From assembly GCA_022824965.1 (NCBI GenBank), contig JAJDYY010000002.1, positions 58,929 to 122,928 on the forward strand: DNA of 64,000 nucleotides, read 5' to 3'. A program made the position numbers and the translations under genes. Position 1 is the first letter of the stretch. Each line of letters begins with the position of its first letter. Source of the stretch: Gammaproteobacteria bacterium (lineage in GTDB: Bacteria > Pseudomonadota > Gammaproteobacteria > UBA4575). Shown here in pieces: positions 60,728-64,000 of the stretch. A model generated the notes under the pieces. It was given only the letters and a program-made list of their open reading frames with translations. It ran no database searches and had not been told where the DNA came from.

Positions 60728-61234
60728 GATCCCTGAACCGAGGCTGGCATTTAATCGGGTGCTGCAAATACCAACTATATGAACTCGAAGGGTGCGCTTT
60801 TAAACGTGAATCAAAGTGTTTTCTACCATCCCTGATTTAACATCATCTGCCAGTAGCAGACAAGCTGAAGGGACGCCCCCTTCAGCGCTTGGCTCGATTA
60901 CAACAATCCCCTGCCTATGAACACCCTCGCATCACGGGGCGATTTTCATACTTCGGAGTAGGAGCCTGCCGGCATAAACCCAGCTGATCAATCAGACGAT
61001 CACTACAGGCCCGTCGACTTTGCCTGTTTACACCTTGCCGACAACAGTTCCCAGTGTCTAATGCTCCGGAATTTCAGGGGAAGGCATGGCCGACCCACCG
61101 GGTCTCAAGCCGTCCCCTTTACAAGGGAACTTCAACAAGCAGCACGCGCAGGCCAAGTGCAATTTGCGACGGCCCTCCCCGGCTTAGGGGAATCAGTTGG
61201 TTGCTTTCAGTACCGTGTACTGCAACTAAGGCTG

Positions 61235-61414
61235 CTATTCCTCTATCTGCAATGCTCCAGATGGGCACTTAGAGACGGTTTCACGAATCTCTGCCTCAGG
61301 CGCTGCACTTGTATCAATTACAAATTGTCCGTCTTCCACCTTGAACACCGTAGGGGAACCTTTCACACATTCTCCGGCGTGAATACAGGTATTTCCGTCA
61401 TATGTTACTTTCAT
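61235..61414 (-). CDS. Small YjdI-like divergent 4Fe-4S protein (59 aa, absent from ORF track)
   Basis: Manual translation MKVTYDGNTCIHAGECVKGSPTVF...VSKCPSGALQIEE; GGAGG RBS at 61424-61428. Confidence 0.88.
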   Translation of the reverse strand: MKVTYDGNTCIHAGECVKGSPTVFKVEDGQFVIDTSAAPEAEIRETVSKCPSGALQIEE

Positions 61415-61706
61415 CGTAAGTTTCCTCCATCTTACTTTTGGACCAACTTGACTGTTTGCGGCCGTGATTTTTTAAGTAGTTATAGCTCCCTCAAAAGACA
61501 CACTTTTGTTACCCGCTCTACAACGCGAAATGAAATCAGGGGGCATTAAGTGTAATCGCTCAGAAGTATATCACCCTTGCACATTCAAAGGTAATGTCGC
61601 CCGGACAGAGCGTGCAGACAGCCTGACTCGATACCGGCATCAGGTAATCGCACCGTTTCAGATCAGGCGGACATACTTGCCCACACCAAGAGTAAAGATA
61701 GACCTG

Positions 61707-62120
61707 TTAATTCTGTTTGGCATCAAATTCCAAAGAAACAGAATTAATGCAGTATCTAAGATGCGTAGGGGGAGGCCCGTCGTTGAACACATGCCCCAGG
61801 TGGGAGTTACAACTGCTGCAAATCACCTCGGTAGCCCGGCTGAACAGTCCAAGATCTGGACGTGTAGCTACACTTTGTTCACCCAAAGGCTGCCAGAAAC
61901 TTGGCCAGCCAGTACCTGAATCATACTTGGTTTGAGAATCAAACAATGGTGCCTTGCAGCATACGCACCGATAAATGCCGGCATCCTTGTGATTCCAGTA
62001 TTCACCGCTAAAAGGAGGCTCTGTACCTTTTTGTCTGCACACCCAGAACTGTTCAGGTGTCAGTTGCTGACGCCATTCTTTTTTTGATTTTTTGACCTTT
62101 GTCAAGGTATCGAAAACCAA
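61707..62120 (-). CDS. msrB: Peptide-methionine (R)-S-oxide reductase
   Basis: GTE.PF, SGTGWPSF, HLGHVF.DGP, RYCINS. Confidence 0.96.
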   Translation of the reverse strand: MVFDTLTKVKKSKKEWRQQLTPEQFWVCRQKGTEPPFSGEYWNHKDAGIYRCVCCKAPLFDSQTKYDSGTGWPSFWQPLGEQSVATRPDLGLFSRATEVICSSCNSHLGHVFNDGPPPTHLRYCINSVSLEFDAKQN

Positions 62121-62141
62121 GGCGGCCTGTGGAACACGAGA

Positions 62142-64000
62142 TTACGAATACTCATTCTCAATGGCTTTCATGCTTAGCCTGACGCGGCCCTGCTTGTCAA
62201 TTTCAAGCACCTTCACCTTGATGATATCGCCTTCAGAAAGTTCGTCTGCCACGCTGTCGACTCTCTGATGAGAGATTTGGGAAATATGAACAAGTCCATC
62301 CTTGCCCGGCAACACGCTGACGAAAGCTCCGAAATCCATGATCTTCACGACTTTCCCCTCATAGATCTTGCCGACTTCCACATCGGCCGTGATCTCTTCG
62401 ATTCGGCGTTTGGCATCATCTCCTGCAGCCTTGTCCACTGATGCAATGCGAACGACCCCGTCATCGTCGATGTCTATGGTAGTTCCCGTCTCTTCTGTCA
62501 GGGCACGTATGGTTGCACCCCCCTTACCAATAACGTCACGTATCTTATCGGGGTTGATCTTGAGGACCGTGAACCGTGGCGCATGCTCGGACATCTCCTG
62601 TCTCGGGGCTGGAATGACCGCATTCATTTCTCCGAGGATATGCGACAACCCTTCACACGCTTGCTTGAGTGCAATCTCCATAATCTCCCGCGTGATACCT
62701 TCAATCTTGATATCCATTTGCAGTGCGGTGATGCCCTGTTCGGTTCCTGCCACTTTGAAATCCATGTCGCCCAGGTGATCCTCATCGCCAAGGATATCCG
62801 TGAGGACTGCAAAACTTTCACCCTCCTTGATCAGACCCATTGCAATTCCCGCGACAGGTGCCTTGACGGGGACTCCTGAGTCCATCAGGGAAAGGCTGGT
62901 ACCGCAAACACTGGCCATGGAGCTCGAACCGTTTGATTCCGTAATTTCAGACACCACCCTGATTACATAAGGGAAGTCATCTTCGGCTGGAACCACAGCC
63001 CGTATGCCACGCTTGGCCAGTTTTCCATGCCCGATCTCCCGGCGTTTTGGCGATCCGACCATACCGGTTTCTCCCACACAGTAAGGTGGGAAATTGTAGT
63101 GCAGCATGAAGTTGTCCTTGAACTCGCCCTCGATGGCATCCACCACCTGTGCATCCCGGCTTGTACCCAAGGTTGTAGCAACCAAGGCCTGGGTCTCTCC
63201 ACGCGTGAAAAGCGCACTGCCATGGACTCGGGGCAATATCCCTACCCGAATGCCGATGGGGCGAACCGTATTATTGTCGCGTCCATCGATGCGGGGCTTG
63301 CCATCCAGGACCCGGCTGCGCACGATATCTTTCTCAAGCTTGCTGAAGGCCCCAAGGACCTCCGCTTCACCTGAACCCTTGGCCTCACTGGTCAGGGAGT
63401 CCAGCAGTTGGCTGCGTATTTCACCTACCTTGTTCTGGCGTTCGACCTTTTCGGCAATCTGGTAGGCCTCACCGAGGCTTTCACGACACTGGCCATTGAC
63501 CTTGTCAACCACGGATTCATCCGCGTGCGGGGCTTGCCAGTCCCATGCCGGCTTGCCGGCTTCCTTCGCAAACTCCTTGATTGCCTGAATGGCATTCTGA
63601 AGTTGCTCATGACCAAACATTACTGCACCCAGCATCGTTTCTTGTGGAAGGATGTCCGCTTCGGATTCCACCATCAGAACTGCACTCTCGGTGCCGGCGA
63701 CAACCAGGTCCAGCCTGGAATTTTTCAACTGGTAGTTGTCCGGGTTCAGCACGTAGTTGCCGTCCACGTAGCCCACTCTGGCTGCACCTATCGTCCCATT
63801 GAAGGGTATTCCGGAAATTGCCAATGCAGCAGAGGCGCCGAGCAGGGCCGGGACATCCGGATCAATGGCCGTGTTCATCGATACCACCGTGGCAATGATT
63901 TGAACTTCGTTAAGAAAGCCCTTGGGAAACATCGGCCGCAGCGGGCGGTCAATGAGCCGTGAGGTCAGCGTTTCCTTTTCGGACGGACGGCCTTCTCGCT
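62142..64000 (-). CDS. pnp: Polyribonucleotide nucleotidyltransferase (5'-truncated)
   Basis: [33 protein letters not shown] and S1 domains. Confidence 0.98.
   Translation of the reverse strand, partial: REGRPSEKETLTSRLIDRPLRPMFPKGFLNEVQIIATVVSMNTAIDPDVPALLGASAALAISGIPFNGTIGAARVGYVDGNYVLNPDNYQLKNSRLDLVVAGTESAVLMVESEADILPQETMLGAVMFGHEQLQNAIQAIKEFAKEAGKPAWDWQAPHADESVVDKVNGQCRESLGEAYQIAEKVERQNKVGEIRSQLLDSLTSEAKGSGEAEVLGAFSKLEKDIVRSRVLDGKPRIDGRDNNTVRPIGIRVGILPRVHGSALFTRGETQALVATTLGTSRDAQVVDAIEGEFKDNFMLHYNFPPYCVGETGMVGSPKRREIGHGKLAKRGIRAVVPAEDDFPYVIRVVSEITESNGSSSMASVCGTSLSLMDSGVPVKAPVAGIAMGLIKEGESFAVLTDILGDEDHLGDMDFKVAGTEQGITALQMDIKIEGITREIMEIALKQACEGLSHILGEMNAVIPAPRQEMSEHAPRFTVLKINPDKIRDVIGKGGATIRALTEETGTTIDIDDDGVVRIASVDKAAGDDAKRRIEEITADVEVGKIYEGKVVKIMDFGAFVSVLPGKDGLVHISQISHQRVDSVADELSEGDIIKVKVLEIDKQGRVRLSMKAIENEYS

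Overview
Chromosomal window from a probable gammaproteobacterium (rpoE-rseA-rseB-degP-lepA, nadB, dnaX-ybaB-recR, guaBA, xseA, dksA, pnp). The left ~34 kb is a C1/organosulfur cluster. It holds H4MPT/methanofuran biosynthesis and C1-transfer genes (mfnB/D/E/F-like, pabB, mptG, mtdB, mch, fae, citG-like, ATP-grasp genes) and a formylmethanofuran dehydrogenase-type operon (fwdD-fwdB-fwdA-ftr-fwdC) followed by a 7Fe ferredoxin and an FprA-type reductase. It also holds a methanethiol oxidase module (mtoX-SCO-mauG-like-tlpA), folD/folP and an orphan EGKCG-repeat (HvfA-like) peptide gene. Highlights: (1) the B subunit keeps the Fe-S and Mo/W active-site motifs and has a FwdD partner, suggesting a true redox-active Fwd/Fmd rather than the cofactor-less methylotroph Fhc; (2) a 128-aa protein in the same gene run resembles a single-domain sulfur oxygenase reductase; (3) together these suggest a co-located route for complete methanethiol oxidation. 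The right half is mostly housekeeping, with tRNA-Ser(GGA), SRP RNA, a histone H1-like/DksA fusion and an orphan XylA-like reductase. All family calls come from motif recognition and recalled reference sequences; no database search was run.
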